A DNA stretch of 32,000 bases from Candidatus Saccharimonadota bacterium. Lineage in GTDB: Bacteria; Pseudomonadota; Gammaproteobacteria; Enterobacterales; Enterobacteriaceae. This document shows positions 1 through 10,007 of the stretch, piece by piece; position 1 is the stretch's first letter; each line of letters begins with the position of its first letter. Made by a program: the position numbers and the translations under genes. The notes beneath the pieces are model-generated. The model made no database searches. It had not been told where the DNA came from and saw nothing but the letters and a program-made list of their open reading frames with translations. The DNA is taken from contig NC_008513.1 in the NCBI RefSeq assembly GCF_000090965.1, positions 270,001 to 302,000 of the forward strand. The letters run 5' to 3'.

Positions 1-514
1 TTTCTCTTGGTAACATATCTTCACGCATAATAATACCTTCAATATTATTACCAACGTCTAAAATAATATAATCTCTACTGATTTTTTTAACAATACCTAT
101 AATAATTTGACCTTTTTTTTTATCGAATTTATTAAGAATTATTTCTTTTTCAGCTTCTCTAACTTTTTGTATTATTACTTGCTTAGCAATTTGTGTAGCA
201 ATACGATCAAAAGTTACAGAATCAATGCAATCTTCTATATAATCACATAATTGAATTTTTTTATTTTCAAATCGAGCAGCTTCTAATGTAATCTCTTTTG
301 TTGGATTAAATACATTATTAACCACTAACCATCTTCTATATGTATTAAAACTACCTGTACTACGATTTATGCATACTCTAATATTAATATCTTGATTATA
401 TTTTTTTTTGGTAGCAATTTCTAAAGCACTTTCTAAAGCTTGAAAAATCTTTTCTCTTGGAATAGATTTTTCATGTGAAACAGCATCTACCACAGATAAT
501 ATTTCTTTGTTCAT
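1..514 (-). CDS. nusA: Transcription termination/antitermination factor NusA, N-terminal part (gene continues beyond the window start)
   Basis: Minus-strand translation from the ATG at 514..512 gives [83 protein letters not shown]. This is colinear with the E. coli NusA N-terminus ([31 protein letters not shown]...RRWLVV...[11 protein letters not shown]). An AAGGA SD lies about 8 nt upstream. It is missing from the ORF track because it has no stop inside the window. Confidence 0.93.
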   Translation of the reverse strand, partial: MNKEILSVVDAVSHEKSIPREKIFQALESALEIATKKKYNQDINIRVCINRSTGSFNTYRRWLVVNNVFNPTKEITLEAARFENKKIQLCDYIEDCIDSVTFDRIATQIAKQVIIQKVREAEKEIILNKFDKKKGQIIIGIVKKISRDYIILDVGNNIEGIIMREDMLPRE

Positions 515-699
515 ATCAGTTATCCTTAAATTAAAAATGGATATATTGAACTAAATAAAGAATTCAAAGAAAAAGAAAATTTTTTTCAATCAAAATAAAA
601 AATAATATTTTTATATACAAAATTAATTTTAATATATTTAAAATCTTATTTTTAATTTTATTTAAAATATTACTAAACTAATTAAATTTAATAATAAAA

Positions 700-720
700 A
701 ACCCCGAATTTTTCGGGGTT
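700..720 (-). terminator. Rho-independent terminator after the secG-tRNA-Leu transcript
   Basis: The stem AACCCCGAA / TTCGGGGTT (700..708 pairs with 712..720) has a 3-nt loop. It is one of the few GC-rich elements in this spacer. On the minus strand it is followed directly by a T run (complement of 696..699) and sits 80 nt downstream of the tRNA 3' end. Confidence 0.7.
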
Positions 721-799
721 AAAATTTTAAATAACTATTTTAAATATAAATACACATAATATAAAAAATAAAAAAGAAAGAAAAAAGAAATACATTCTA

Positions 800-888
800 T
801 ACCGAAGATGGGAATCGAACCCATATACTTATTTAAATTAAGTACTATCACCTCAAGATAGCGTGTCTACCAATTTCACCACTTCGGT
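800..888 (-). tRNA. leuU: tRNA-Leu (anticodon GAG)
   Basis: The minus strand reads ACCGAAGTGGTGAAATTGGTAGACACGCTATCTTGAGGTGATAG...TATGGGTTCGATTCCCATCTTCGGTA. The acceptor pairs ACCGAAG/CTTCGGT, the anticodon loop is TTGAGGT (GAG), and there is a long variable arm. It is very close to E. coli leuU and occupies the same position downstream of secG. No CCA is encoded. Confidence 0.93.
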
Positions 889-1039
889 CAAAATTTTTGT
901 TTTTTCAAATATAAATATTATATAAAATAAGTTAAAATATTTAAATAAAAAAAAACAAAAATATTTTTAATAAAATATATTTTATATATATAAATATCAA
1001 TATACTTTAATAAAATTTTTAATATAAAATTTATAATAA

Positions 1040-1288
1040 TTACATATGTAAATTGTATATAGCCCAATTACTATATCTACATAAGATTAAACATACCAAA
1101 AAAAATATTATTAATAAGATTAATATAACATAAATAAATACATTACTTTTAGAATTTTCAGTAAATAATTGTGATGAATAATCGTTTGTTGTAGTAGATA
1201 ATTCATTACTAGTACTAGATTGAAATAAAATAATAGCAATTAACATAGAAGAAATAAGGGTAAAAATGATAAATAAAAATGTATACAT
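1040..1288 (-). CDS. secG: Preprotein translocase subunit SecG
   Basis: The 82-aa product has two hydrophobic segments flanking a polar loop. It starts MY..., contains LFTENSKSNVF versus E. coli LFGSSGSGNF, and sits upstream of tRNA-Leu(GAG) as in E. coli secG-leuU. Confidence 0.85.
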   Translation of the reverse strand: MYTFLFIIFTLISSMLIAIILFQSSTSNELSTTTNDYSSQLFTENSKSNVFIYVILILLIIFFLVCLILCRYSNWAIYNLHM

Positions 1289-1523
1289 TTAAAACACCAT
1301 AAAAATATTTTTTAAAAAAAATTATATATTAATAATTAATATATAATTTTATGCTATTAAAAAATTATTTGTTATTGATAATGAAATTATATTTAAAAAA
1401 TTAAGAAATTAAATTCTATTAATATCTTAAAATTTTTTTTTAAATAGTAATATAATTTATTTTATAAATAATTATAGTTAAAATTTTCTTTATTAAAAGA
1501 GTATACACATTTTTAAAAAATAA

Positions 1524-1557
1524 CAATGATATCTATTCTTTAGAATAGATATCATTG
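1524..1557 (-). terminator. Long perfect AT-rich hairpin, probable ftsH operon terminator
   Basis: CAATGATATCTATTCT (1524..1539) is the exact reverse complement of AGAATAGATATCATTG (1542..1557), with 2 nt between the arms. On the minus strand the hairpin is followed by TTATTTTTTAAAA. It lies 165 nt downstream of the ftsH stop and upstream of secG. Confidence 0.55.
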
Positions 1558-1721
1558 AAATAAATGAAATTAATATATTTTATTAAAAATTTTAATAATT
1601 TTTAAAAAATAATTAAAATCATTTTTATGAAAAACATTTGTATAAATTTTTTTTATATTAAATTAATATTTGTAGATATCTTTAAAATCAAAAATATTAA
1701 TTAATATATTTTTTTTTTTTT

Positions 1722-3533
1722 TTAAGAACATGTTATTTTCCTTGACATTAAATCTTTAATTTGTGAAGAGTTTATTGTTTCATATTTAAGTAATGCATCT
1801 TTCATTGCATGTAAAATATCTATATTTTCATTTAAAATTTTTTTCGCACGTTGATAATTGATATCAATTAATAATTTTACTTCTTCATCAATAATGCGAA
1901 TTGTTTCATTAGATATAAATTTTGAATTTATAACTGATTTTCCAAAAAAAACTTCTTTATCTTCTTCTGAATATAATAAAGGTCCTAATTTTTCTGAAAA
2001 ACCCCATCTAGTTACCATTTTTCGAGCTAAATTTGTAGCTACTTTAATATCATGATCAGAACCAGTAGAAACTTTTTTAATACCATATATTATTTCTTCT
2101 GCTAATCGTCCTCCATATAAAATAGATATTTGACTTTCTAATTTTTGACGATTAACGTTTAAAACATCATTTTCAGGTAAAAATAATGTCATTCCTAAAG
2201 ATTGCCCCCTAGGTATAATGGTTACTTTATGAATTGGATCATTATCAGGAACAAGTTTACCAACAATAGCATGTCCAGCTTCATGATAAGCAATTGATTC
2301 TTTTTGATGTTCTGTTAAAAATATTGATTTTCTTTCAGAACCCATAATTATTTTATCTTTTGATTTCTCAAATTCTATCATAGAAACTGAATTTTTATTA
2401 TTACGTGCAGCTAATAAAGCAGATTCATTTACTAGATTTGCTAAATCAGCACCTGAAAAACCTGGTGTACTTTTTGCAAGTACTTCAGGAATAACATCAT
2501 CAGAAATAGGAATTTTTTTCATATGAATTTTTAAAATATCTTTTCTTCCTTGAATATTAGGTAAAGAAACTATAACTTTTCGATCAAATCTTCCCGGTCT
2601 TAATAAAGCGGGGTCTAATACATCAGGACGATTAGTTGCTGCAATTAAAATTATTCCTTCATTACCTTCAAAACCATCCATTTCAACTAAAATTTGATTT
2701 AAAGTTTGTTCACGTTCATCATGACCACCTCCAAAACCAGCTCCTCTTTGTCTACCTACAGCATCAATTTCATCAATAAAAATTATACAAGGAGCATATT
2801 TTCTTGAATTTTCAAACATATTTCTAACACGAGCAGCACCTACACCAACAAACATTTCAACAAAATCAGAACCGGAAATTGTAAAAAACGGAACATTTGC
2901 CTCACCTGCAATTGCTTTCGCTAACAACGTTTTACCAGTTCCTGGTGGACCTACCATTAATATTCCTTTAGGAATTTTACCTCCTAACTTTTGAAATTTT
3001 TTAGGTTCTTTTAAATATTCAACTAATTCTGAAACTTCTTCTTTTGCTTCATCACATCCTGCAATATCAGAAAAAGTAATCTTAATTTTATTTTTAGACA
3101 ATATTTTTGCTTTACTTTTACTAAATGACAAAGCTCCTTTTCTATTATTATTTTGAATTTTTTTCATAAAAAAAATCCATGCTCCAACTAATAAAAATAT
3201 AGGACACCAAGAAATAATAACAGAAACTAAAATACTTTGTTCTTCCGGAAGAATACCAGTGATACTAATATTTTTTTGTAATAAAGTATCTAATAATTTA
3301 GGATCATAAATAGGAATATATGTCATGTACTGAGTTAAATCTTTCCTAGTAACTAAGACTTCTTTTCCATTAATTTGAGCATTTTGAATTTTATTATTAT
3401 TAACTTCTAATAAAAAATTAGAATAACTAATTTTTTTATTACTTATATTATTAAAATTTATATTTTGAAATAACGAAGTTAATAAAAAAATACCAAAAAA
3501 CCATAAAATTAAATTTTTAACCATTTTATTCAA
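1722..3533 (-). CDS. ftsH: ATP-dependent zinc metalloprotease FtsH
   Basis: The 603-aa product is colinear with E. coli FtsH. It has Walker [19 protein letters not shown], Walker [12 protein letters not shown], the SRH motif and zinc motif HEAGHA. The true start may be the Met at 3524 (MVKNLILW, compare E. coli MAKNLILW). Confidence 0.97.
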   Translation of the reverse strand: MNKMVKNLILWFFGIFLLTSLFQNINFNNISNKKISYSNFLLEVNNNKIQNAQINGKEVLVTRKDLTQYMTYIPIYDPKLLDTLLQKNISITGILPEEQSILVSVIISWCPIFLLVGAWIFFMKKIQNNNRKGALSFSKSKAKILSKNKIKITFSDIAGCDEAKEEVSELVEYLKEPKKFQKLGGKIPKGILMVGPPGTGKTLLAKAIAGEANVPFFTISGSDFVEMFVGVGAARVRNMFENSRKYAPCIIFIDEIDAVGRQRGAGFGGGHDEREQTLNQILVEMDGFEGNEGIILIAATNRPDVLDPALLRPGRFDRKVIVSLPNIQGRKDILKIHMKKIPISDDVIPEVLAKSTPGFSGADLANLVNESALLAARNNKNSVSMIEFEKSKDKIIMGSERKSIFLTEHQKESIAYHEAGHAIVGKLVPDNDPIHKVTIIPRGQSLGMTLFLPENDVLNVNRQKLESQISILYGGRLAEEIIYGIKKVSTGSDHDIKVATNLARKMVTRWGFSEKLGPLLYSEEDKEVFFGKSVINSKFISNETIRIIDEEVKLLIDINYQRAKKILNENIDILHAMKDALLKYETINSSQIKDLMSRKITCS

Positions 3534-3578
3534 ATGATAATCTCCACTATATATTATAATATTAAAAATAAAATAAAA

Positions 3579-4208
3579 TTATTTCTTACATCCATAAGCT
3601 ATAATAAAAACTTCACGAGAATTGACACGAGAAGCATTAGGTTTATAAATTTTTACTAATTCAAATATATTTCGAATTTTTTTCATATATTTATTAAAAC
3701 CATAACCTTGAAATAATTTAATTATTAAATATCCATTATTTGATAATACATGTCTAGAAATTTTTAATACAATATTACTTAATTTAAACATATTAGAATT
3801 ATCAATAACAGAATAACCACAAATATTTGGTGATATATCAGACATAACTACATTCCAAGAATATTTGTCTAAAAATAAAAATATTTTTTTTAAGAAATCT
3901 GAATTAGATATATCTCCACAAAAAAAAACAATATCTTTTAAAAATCGCATAGGTAAAATATCACATGCAAAAATTTTTCCTGATTTTCCAATTTTTTTTA
4001 AAGTATATTCTGACCAACCTCCTGGATTAGAACCTAAATCTATAACATTCATTCCTTTTTTAAATATTTTTTCTGATTCATCTATTTCTTTTAATTTAAA
4101 CCATGATCTAGATCTTAGTTTTTTTTTATTTCTTTCTTTAATATAAGGATCATTAAAATTTCTTTTTAACCAATTTTTAGAACTTTTACTTCTTTTTTTT
4201 AAAATCAT
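3579..4208 (-). CDS. rlmE: 23S rRNA 2'-O-ribose U2552 methyltransferase RlmE (FtsJ/RrmJ)
   Basis: The 209-aa product carries LRSRSWFKLKEID, the SAM motif VIDLGSNPGGWS, VMSDISPN and SREVFIIA, matching E. coli RlmE throughout. It lies immediately upstream of ftsH as in E. coli. Confidence 0.95.
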   Translation of the reverse strand: MILKKRSKSSKNWLKRNFNDPYIKERNKKKLRSRSWFKLKEIDESEKIFKKGMNVIDLGSNPGGWSEYTLKKIGKSGKIFACDILPMRFLKDIVFFCGDISNSDFLKKIFLFLDKYSWNVVMSDISPNICGYSVIDNSNMFKLSNIVLKISRHVLSNNGYLIIKLFQGYGFNKYMKKIRNIFELVKIYKPNASRVNSREVFIIAYGCKK

Positions 4209-4478
4209 TATATTTTTTTTAATAAGATTAAATTATAAAATTTATAAAAATTTTATTTAATTATTTTTAAATATTAATTTAATAAAATTTAAATTATATA
4301 TAAAAAATTTAAATATTAACTTTTTAAAAATAAATTTTTTACAATAAAAAAATATTTTTACAAAAAATATTTAAGTTTATTATACATAAAAAAACAAATT
4401 TCTAAAATTAAAATAAGATTTTTTATATATTAAATTTTTAATTTCAAAAAAAAATTTTTATATAAACAATATTTTTAA

Positions 4479-4958
4479 TTAAATATATTCAATTTTTTTA
4501 ATAATATATTTTATATAACCTGTAGGTGTATTAACTTTTATAATATCATTTTTTTTTTTTCCAATTAAAGCTCTTGACATAGGTGAATGAATAGAAATTG
4601 AAAATTCTTTATAATTTGCTTCATCGTCACCAACAATAGTATATACAAAAATATTACTAGTACTAATTTGCAATACAGTTACTGTAGATCCAAAAATAAC
4701 AATACCTTTAAAAGGTATTTTAGTAATATCAATTATTTGAGCACGTAATAATTTATTTTCAATTTCACAAATTCTATTTTCACAAAAACTCTGTTCTTCA
4801 CGTGCTGAATGATACTCTGCATTTTCTTTTAAATCACCTAATTGACGAGCGTTTGCAATTGCTTTTACAATACAAGGTCTAGTAATGTATTTTAATTTTT
4901 TTAATTCAGATTTTAATTTATTAAAACCCCGTAATGTCATTGGAATTTTATTAAACAA
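4479..4958 (-). CDS. greA: Transcript cleavage factor GreA
   Basis: The 159-aa product carries [33 protein letters not shown] and IVGDDEA, colinear with E. coli GreA (158 aa). Confidence 0.95.
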   Translation of the reverse strand: MFNKIPMTLRGFNKLKSELKKLKYITRPCIVKAIANARQLGDLKENAEYHSAREEQSFCENRICEIENKLLRAQIIDITKIPFKGIVIFGSTVTVLQISTSNIFVYTIVGDDEANYKEFSISIHSPMSRALIGKKKNDIIKVNTPTGYIKYIIKKIEYI

Positions 4959-5373
4959 GCTTATAACTCCTTTATCAAAAAATTTTATATATAAATATTA
5001 TTTATTATAATATAATAATTCATATTTAAAAATAAATAATAATAAATTTTTATTAAAAAATATAATTTAAAAAATATTTAATATTTTTTTTTAAAAAAAA
5101 TCTAAAAATAAAAAATATAAAATAATGAATATTATTATTTATAATTATTTATTTTTATTAAATCAATTATAAAATTTATATTTTATAAAAATTCATTTTT
5201 TCATTTTAATGAATATTTTAATATTATAATATTTTATGTTAAAATATTTAAATTTATATTATTAATATAATAAAAAATTTTTATATATATTAAAAATAAT
5301 GTATATTTTTTATTTAAAAAAATTTCTAAATAAAATATATATTAAAATTTTTTTTAAAAAAAAGAGTAAAAAT

Positions 5374-5628
5374 ATGAATTTTATTCAATTAAGTAAATTA
5401 ATTAAAAAAAAATTAAACTTAAAAAAAGTATTAATTTCAAATTATAATAATAATATTTTAATTACAGCAATAGGAAATTTTTTTTTAAATATGAGTTCGT
5501 TTGAAAAACAAAAACATATATATAAAGTATTAATACCATATTTTTTAAATAAAACTATACATGCTGTTACTATAAATACATATACTATATCAGAATGGAA
5601 TAATAAACAAAATAGCAAAAATAATTAA
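5374..5628 (+). CDS. ibaG: BolA-family protein IbaG (YrbA)
   Basis: From the internal ATG at 5374 the 84-aa product ends ...FLNMSSFEKQKHIYKVLIPYFLNKTIHAVTINTYTISEW. This matches E. coli IbaG (84 aa: ...[39 protein letters not shown]). A weak AAGAG SD precedes 5374. The 25 upstream codons of ORF 5299 have no counterpart. Confidence 0.8.
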   Translation: MNFIQLSKLIKKKLNLKKVLISNYNNNILITAIGNFFLNMSSFEKQKHIYKVLIPYFLNKTIHAVTINTYTISEWNNKQNSKNN

Positions 5629-5964
5629 ATATTATATTTTTAAAGATATTAAATTATTTTTAATAAAAATCTTTAAAAATCCTAATATTATTAAAGATTT
5701 TAAAAATATAATGTATTTTATATTTCAAAATTTATTATTATGTATTTTATATAAAAATTTAATTTTTTAATATTAAAAAGATATTTTTTAAAATATAATA
5801 TTCTTTATTAAAATTTATATATTAAATATATAATTTAATTTGAAAAATTTTATCAATTAAAATTATTTAATAAATTTAAATGATTTATTAAATCAAATAA
5901 TTTTGTATAAAATAAACAAAAAAATTTTTTTTGTAGTTAATTATAAAATTTAGAGACATTCATT

Positions 5965-6276
5965 ATGTATGCGATACTTTTAGATCGTAATAAACAATAT
6001 AAAGTAACATGTGGAAAAATAATTAGATTAGAAAAAATAAAGATGAATATAGGAGAAAAAATAATTTTTAAAAAAATAATATTTTTATCTAAAGATGAGA
6101 AAAGTTTTATAGGAAAACCTATTCTATCAGATGTTTATATAGAAGGATTAATATCTAAACATGGAAGAGAAAAAAAAATTAAAATTATAAAATTTCATCG
6201 TCGAAAACATTATAAAAAAACTCAAGGTCATAGACAATACTACACAGATGTTAAAATAAAACAAATTATATATTAA
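5965..6276 (+). CDS. rplU: 50S ribosomal protein L21
   Basis: The 103-aa product carries [44 protein letters not shown], colinear with E. coli L21 (103 aa). Confidence 0.96.
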
Positions 6277-6314
6277 ATATACAAAAATATATTTTAAAAA
6301 TATAAGGAATTAAA

Positions 6315-6620
6315 ATGGCACATAAAAAAGCAGGTGGGTCATCAAGAAATGGGCGAGATTCACGTTCAAAAAGATTAGGTATTAAAAAGTATGGAGGTGA
6401 ATATGTATCTTCAGGAAATATTTTAGTTCGACAAAGAGGAACAAAATTTCATCCTGGAGAAAATGTTAAATGTGGTAAAGATTATACTTTATATTCTATT
6501 ATAGAAGGTATAGTAAAATTTAAAAAAAGAGGAAAACTAAAAAAAAAATATATAAGTGTAATAAAATTGAATAATTTAAATAAAAAACTTCAAAATCGCC
6601 AAATATCTATAAAATATTAA
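6315..6620 (+). CDS. rpmA: 50S ribosomal protein L27 (with a C-terminal extension of about 16 aa)
   Basis: [43 protein letters not shown] matches E. coli L27. The product is 101 aa versus 85 aa in E. coli. An AAGGA SD lies upstream. Confidence 0.95.
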   Translation: MAHKKAGGSSRNGRDSRSKRLGIKKYGGEYVSSGNILVRQRGTKFHPGENVKCGKDYTLYSIIEGIVKFKKRGKLKKKYISVIKLNNLNKKLQNRQISIKY

Positions 6621-6664
6621 TACATATTTCATGATTTAAAACATATTATAAAAGAGAGAAAAAC

Positions 6665-7681
6665 ATGAAATTTGTTGATTCTGTTATTATTAATGTATCT
6701 GCGGGAAAAGGAGGAGATGGTTGTATTAGTTTTAGAAGAGAAAAATTTGTACCTAAAGGAGGTCCAGACGGAGGAAATGGAGGTGATGGAGGAAATATTT
6801 GGATAGTTTCAAATACTAATATAAATACATTAACAGATTATAGAATTAAAAAAATATTTCAATCTGAAAATGGTAAAAATGGTTTAAATTCAAATCGTTC
6901 TGGTAAAAATGGAAAAGATATTTATATACCAGTTCCGTTAGGAACCAGAATCATAGATAATGACACTAAAAAAATTATTATCGAAATTTTAAAAATTAAT
7001 CAAAAATTTTTAGTAGCGAAAGGTGGAAAACGTGGTTTAGGAAATACAAATTTCAAATCTTCTATTAATCAAACACCAAGAAAAAAAACTTATGGTACAT
7101 TAGGTGAAAACAAAAATATATTATTAGAATTAATATTAATAGCAGATATTGGAACATTAGGTTTACCAAATTCTGGAAAATCTACATTAATAACATCTAT
7201 GTCTAATGCAAAAACTAAAATAGATATTTACCCTTTTACTACATTAATTCCTATATTAGGAACAGTAAAAGCAAAAAAAAAAAAATTTATTATAGCTGAC
7301 ATACCAGGAATTATTAAAAATGCTTCGTTAGGTATAGGTTTAGGTATAAAATTTTTAAAACACTTATCTCGTTGTAAATTATTACTACATATTATTGATA
7401 TCACTATAAATAAAAAAAAAATAAACAAAATTAGATATATTATATTAAAAGAATTAAAAAACTTTAATAAAAAATTATTTCAAAAAACTAGATGGTTAAT
7501 CTTTAATAAAATTGATTTATTAAAACCTAAAAAAATCTCCCAAATAAAAAAATATATAAAAAAAAAAATAGAAAAAAACAAAAAATATTATTTTATTTCA
7601 GCAAAAAAAAATATTGGAATAAAAAAATTATCTAAAGATATAATAAAATATTTATATAAAAAAAATAAAGAATATATTTAA
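6665..7681 (+). CDS. obgE: GTPase ObgE/CgtA
   Basis: MKFVD...[31 protein letters not shown] is the Obg fold glycine-rich N-domain. G1 is GLPNSGKST, followed by DIPGII and NKIDL. The 338-aa product lacks the acidic C-terminal tail of the E. coli protein. Confidence 0.95.
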
Positions 7682-7742
7682 AGTAATATAAAAATATTCT
7701 TTTTATATTTTAAATATTTTTTTTATAAATTTTATTTATATA

Positions 7743-7769
7743 AAAACCCGGAAATAAAAACCGGGTTTT
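7743..7769. terminator. Bidirectional hairpin terminator between convergent obgE and rpsI
   Basis: AAAACCCGG (7743..7751) pairs with CCGGGTTTT (7761..7769) around a 9-nt loop. A and T runs flank it, so a U-tract follows on either strand. It lies 62 nt after the obgE stop and 10 nt after the rpsI stop. Confidence 0.7.
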
Positions 7770-7778
7770 AAAAAATAA

Positions 7779-8141
7779 TTATCTTTTTGAAAATTGAGGT
7801 TTTTTTCTAGATTTTCGAAAACCAAATTTTTTTCGTTCTACTTTTCTAGAAGTACTTCTTAATGTATTATCATATGAAATTAATGCTCGAGTAATACCTT
7901 GACGAATTGCCCCTGCTTGACCAGATATACCACCACCTTTTACAGTAATATAAAAATCGAAAATTTTCAACATATTTACTAAATCTAAAGGTTGTTGGAC
8001 AATCATGCAGGAAGTTTCTCTACCAAAATATTTTTCTAAAGGACGTTTATTAATAATAATATTTCCATTTCCTTTACATAAAAAAACACGTGCTGAAGAA
8101 CATTTACGTCGTCCAGTACCATAATTAATATATTTAGACAT
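7779..8141 (-). CDS. rpsI: 30S ribosomal protein S9 (shortened, 120 aa)
   Basis: [38 protein letters not shown] and the C-terminal RKKPQFSKR match E. coli S9. About 10 residues (E. coli [10 protein letters not shown]) are missing in frame. See findings. Confidence 0.95.
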   Translation of the reverse strand: MSKYINYGTGRRKCSSARVFLCKGNGNIIINKRPLEKYFGRETSCMIVQQPLDLVNMLKIFDFYITVKGGGISGQAGAIRQGITRALISYDNTLRSTSRKVERKKFGFRKSRKKPQFSKR

Positions 8142-8173
8142 ATGTACTAAAACCTTATTATTTATAAGATATT

Positions 8174-8602
8174 TTAAATATTTAAAAAAACTGGTTTTTG
8201 TGAAATTAAATTATGTTGATTAAATGGAAAAACTTTTAATTTTTTAAAAATTTTTTGACCTAAAGATCCTTTAGGTAACATTCCTTTAATAGCTTTTTTA
8301 ATTATACGTGTTGGATGATGTAACATCATATATTTAAAAGTATATTTTTTTATACCACCCACATATCCTGAATGATGATAATAAAATTTATTTTTTTCTT
8401 TATTTCCTGTAACTACTATTTTAGATGCATTAATAATAATTATATAATCACCCACATCAATATGTGGAGTAAATTCTGGTTTATTTTTTCCCCTTAAAAA
8501 TATTGATACCTGACTAGCTAGACGACCTAAAATTTTATTAGTAGCATCAATACAATACCAATTTTTTTTAATACTTGTTATTTTAGCAGAAAAACTTTTC
8601 AT
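8174..8602 (-). CDS. rplM: 50S ribosomal protein L13
   Basis: The 142-aa product carries [37 protein letters not shown] and KGMLPKG, colinear with E. coli L13 (142 aa). It lies upstream of rpsI as in the rplM-rpsI operon. Confidence 0.96.
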   Translation of the reverse strand: MKSFSAKITSIKKNWYCIDATNKILGRLASQVSIFLRGKNKPEFTPHIDVGDYIIIINASKIVVTGNKEKNKFYYHHSGYVGGIKKYTFKYMMLHHPTRIIKKAIKGMLPKGSLGQKIFKKLKVFPFNQHNLISQKPVFLNI

Positions 8603-8768
8603 AATATAAATTTCCTATTTATTAAATAATTAAATTAATTATATATATTTTTTTATTATAATATAAAATTATTTTATTTATTTTATTTAATAAAATTATA
8701 TTAATTAAATACAAATATTCATATAATATATAAAAATATATAATAAATATTTAAAATCGGAGATTAAA

Positions 8769-9923
8769 ATGAAAAAAAAAACTCTTAATTATTTAAGAAG
8801 TCAAATAAATTATATTAATTATAAAATAATTAAACTATTATCACAACGAGAATTAATATCAATTGATATTCTTAAAAATAAAATATGTAATAATTTTAAA
8901 ATTCAAGATAAAAAACGTGAAGTACAATTATTCCAAAAAATAGAAAAAATTAGTAAGAAAAAAAAAATAAATTTAGTATTTATAAAAAAAATTTTTAAAT
9001 TAATTATAAAAAATTCTATATATATTCAAAAGTTTTGGAATAAAGAAATTTTTAAAAAAAAAAAAATATATAATTGTGGATATTTAGGACCTATCGGTTC
9101 ATATTCATATATCGCTTTAAATACTCTTATAAGAAAAGAAAAAAAAATTTTTTTAGAAAATGCATACAAAAATTTTGAATCAATTATAACGGATTTAAAT
9201 AAAGAAATTTGTAAATACGCAATATTACCTATAGAAAATAATATATCAGGAATTATTCCTGAAGTATACGAGATACTAAAAAATCAAGAAGAAATATATA
9301 TTATTCAAGAAGTATATATAAAAATTAAACATACTTTGTTAACTATAAAAAATAGTATTTTTTCTGAAATCAAGAATGTATATAGTCATCAACAACCATT
9401 TAAACAATGTAGTAATTTTCTTAAAAACTTTCCAAAATGGAAAAAACATTGTTTTAATAGTACTTCTGCTGCTATGACTCATTTATTAAAAGAAAATAAA
9501 AAAGATACGGCTGTAATTGGAAATATTGTCGGTGGTTCATATTATAATTTAAAAAAAATTGCAACAAATATTAGTAATAAAAAAAAAAACATAACTAGAT
9601 TTATTCTAATATCTAAAAAACCTAGAAAATTATTAAATTTTGTTTCTAAAAAAATAACTATGTTATTAACAATTATTAAAAATAAAAAAAACAAAAAAAA
9701 AATATTAAATATTTTTAGAAAAAAAAAAATAATACTTTTAAAATTAATAAAAAATAAAAATATAAATAAAAAAAAAGAAATAACATATTTTATAGAAATT
9801 CAATTAGATATTGAATCAAAGAAAATACAACATTTATTATTTAAAATTAACAAATATACAAAAAGAACAAAATTTTTAGGTTGTTATCCTATTGAAGAAA
9901 AATTAAATAATAGTATAAAATAA
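8769..9923 (+). CDS. pheA: Bifunctional chorismate mutase / prephenate dehydratase (P-protein)
   Basis: The 384-aa product is colinear with E. coli PheA (386 aa). It has an N-terminal chorismate mutase helix region, then the dehydratase core GYLGPIGSYSYIA, AILPIENNISG, VYSHQQPFKQCSNFL, STSAAM and TRFILIS, and ends LGCYP. A GGAG SD lies at 8758..8761. Confidence 0.93.
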   Translation: MKKKTLNYLRSQINYINYKIIKLLSQRELISIDILKNKICNNFKIQDKKREVQLFQKIEKISKKKKINLVFIKKIFKLIIKNSIYIQKFWNKEIFKKKKIYNCGYLGPIGSYSYIALNTLIRKEKKIFLENAYKNFESIITDLNKEICKYAILPIENNISGIIPEVYEILKNQEEIYIIQEVYIKIKHTLLTIKNSIFSEIKNVYSHQQPFKQCSNFLKNFPKWKKHCFNSTSAAMTHLLKENKKDTAVIGNIVGGSYYNLKKIATNISNKKKNITRFILISKKPRKLLNFVSKKITMLLTIIKNKKNKKKILNIFRKKKIILLKLIKNKNINKKKEITYFIEIQLDIESKKIQHLLFKINKYTKRTKFLGCYPIEEKLNNSIK

Positions 9924-10007
9924 TTGTAAATTAATATTTATTAAAAAATAAAAAATTTTATATTACAATAATAATTATAACTTGTATAAAGGAACAAAAT
10001 AATAATT

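Noticed and set aside
1858-2055. 65-aa ORF on the + strand
   Set aside because: It lies entirely antisense within the strongly conserved ftsH coding sequence, with low-complexity translation and no homology.
3865-4146. 93-aa ORF on the + strand
   Set aside because: It is antisense inside rlmE. It is an artefact of AT-rich sequence with few stops in that frame.
5299-5373. N-terminal 25 codons of ORF 5299..5628 (MYIFYLKKFLNKIYIKIFFKKKSKN)
   Set aside because: These codons have no counterpart in IbaG/BolA proteins. The internal ATG at 5374 gives exactly the 84-aa length of E. coli IbaG and has a weak SD. The extension is probably just open AT-rich spacer.
7228-7428. 66-aa ORF on the - strand
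   Set aside because: It is antisense inside obgE, with no recognisable motif.
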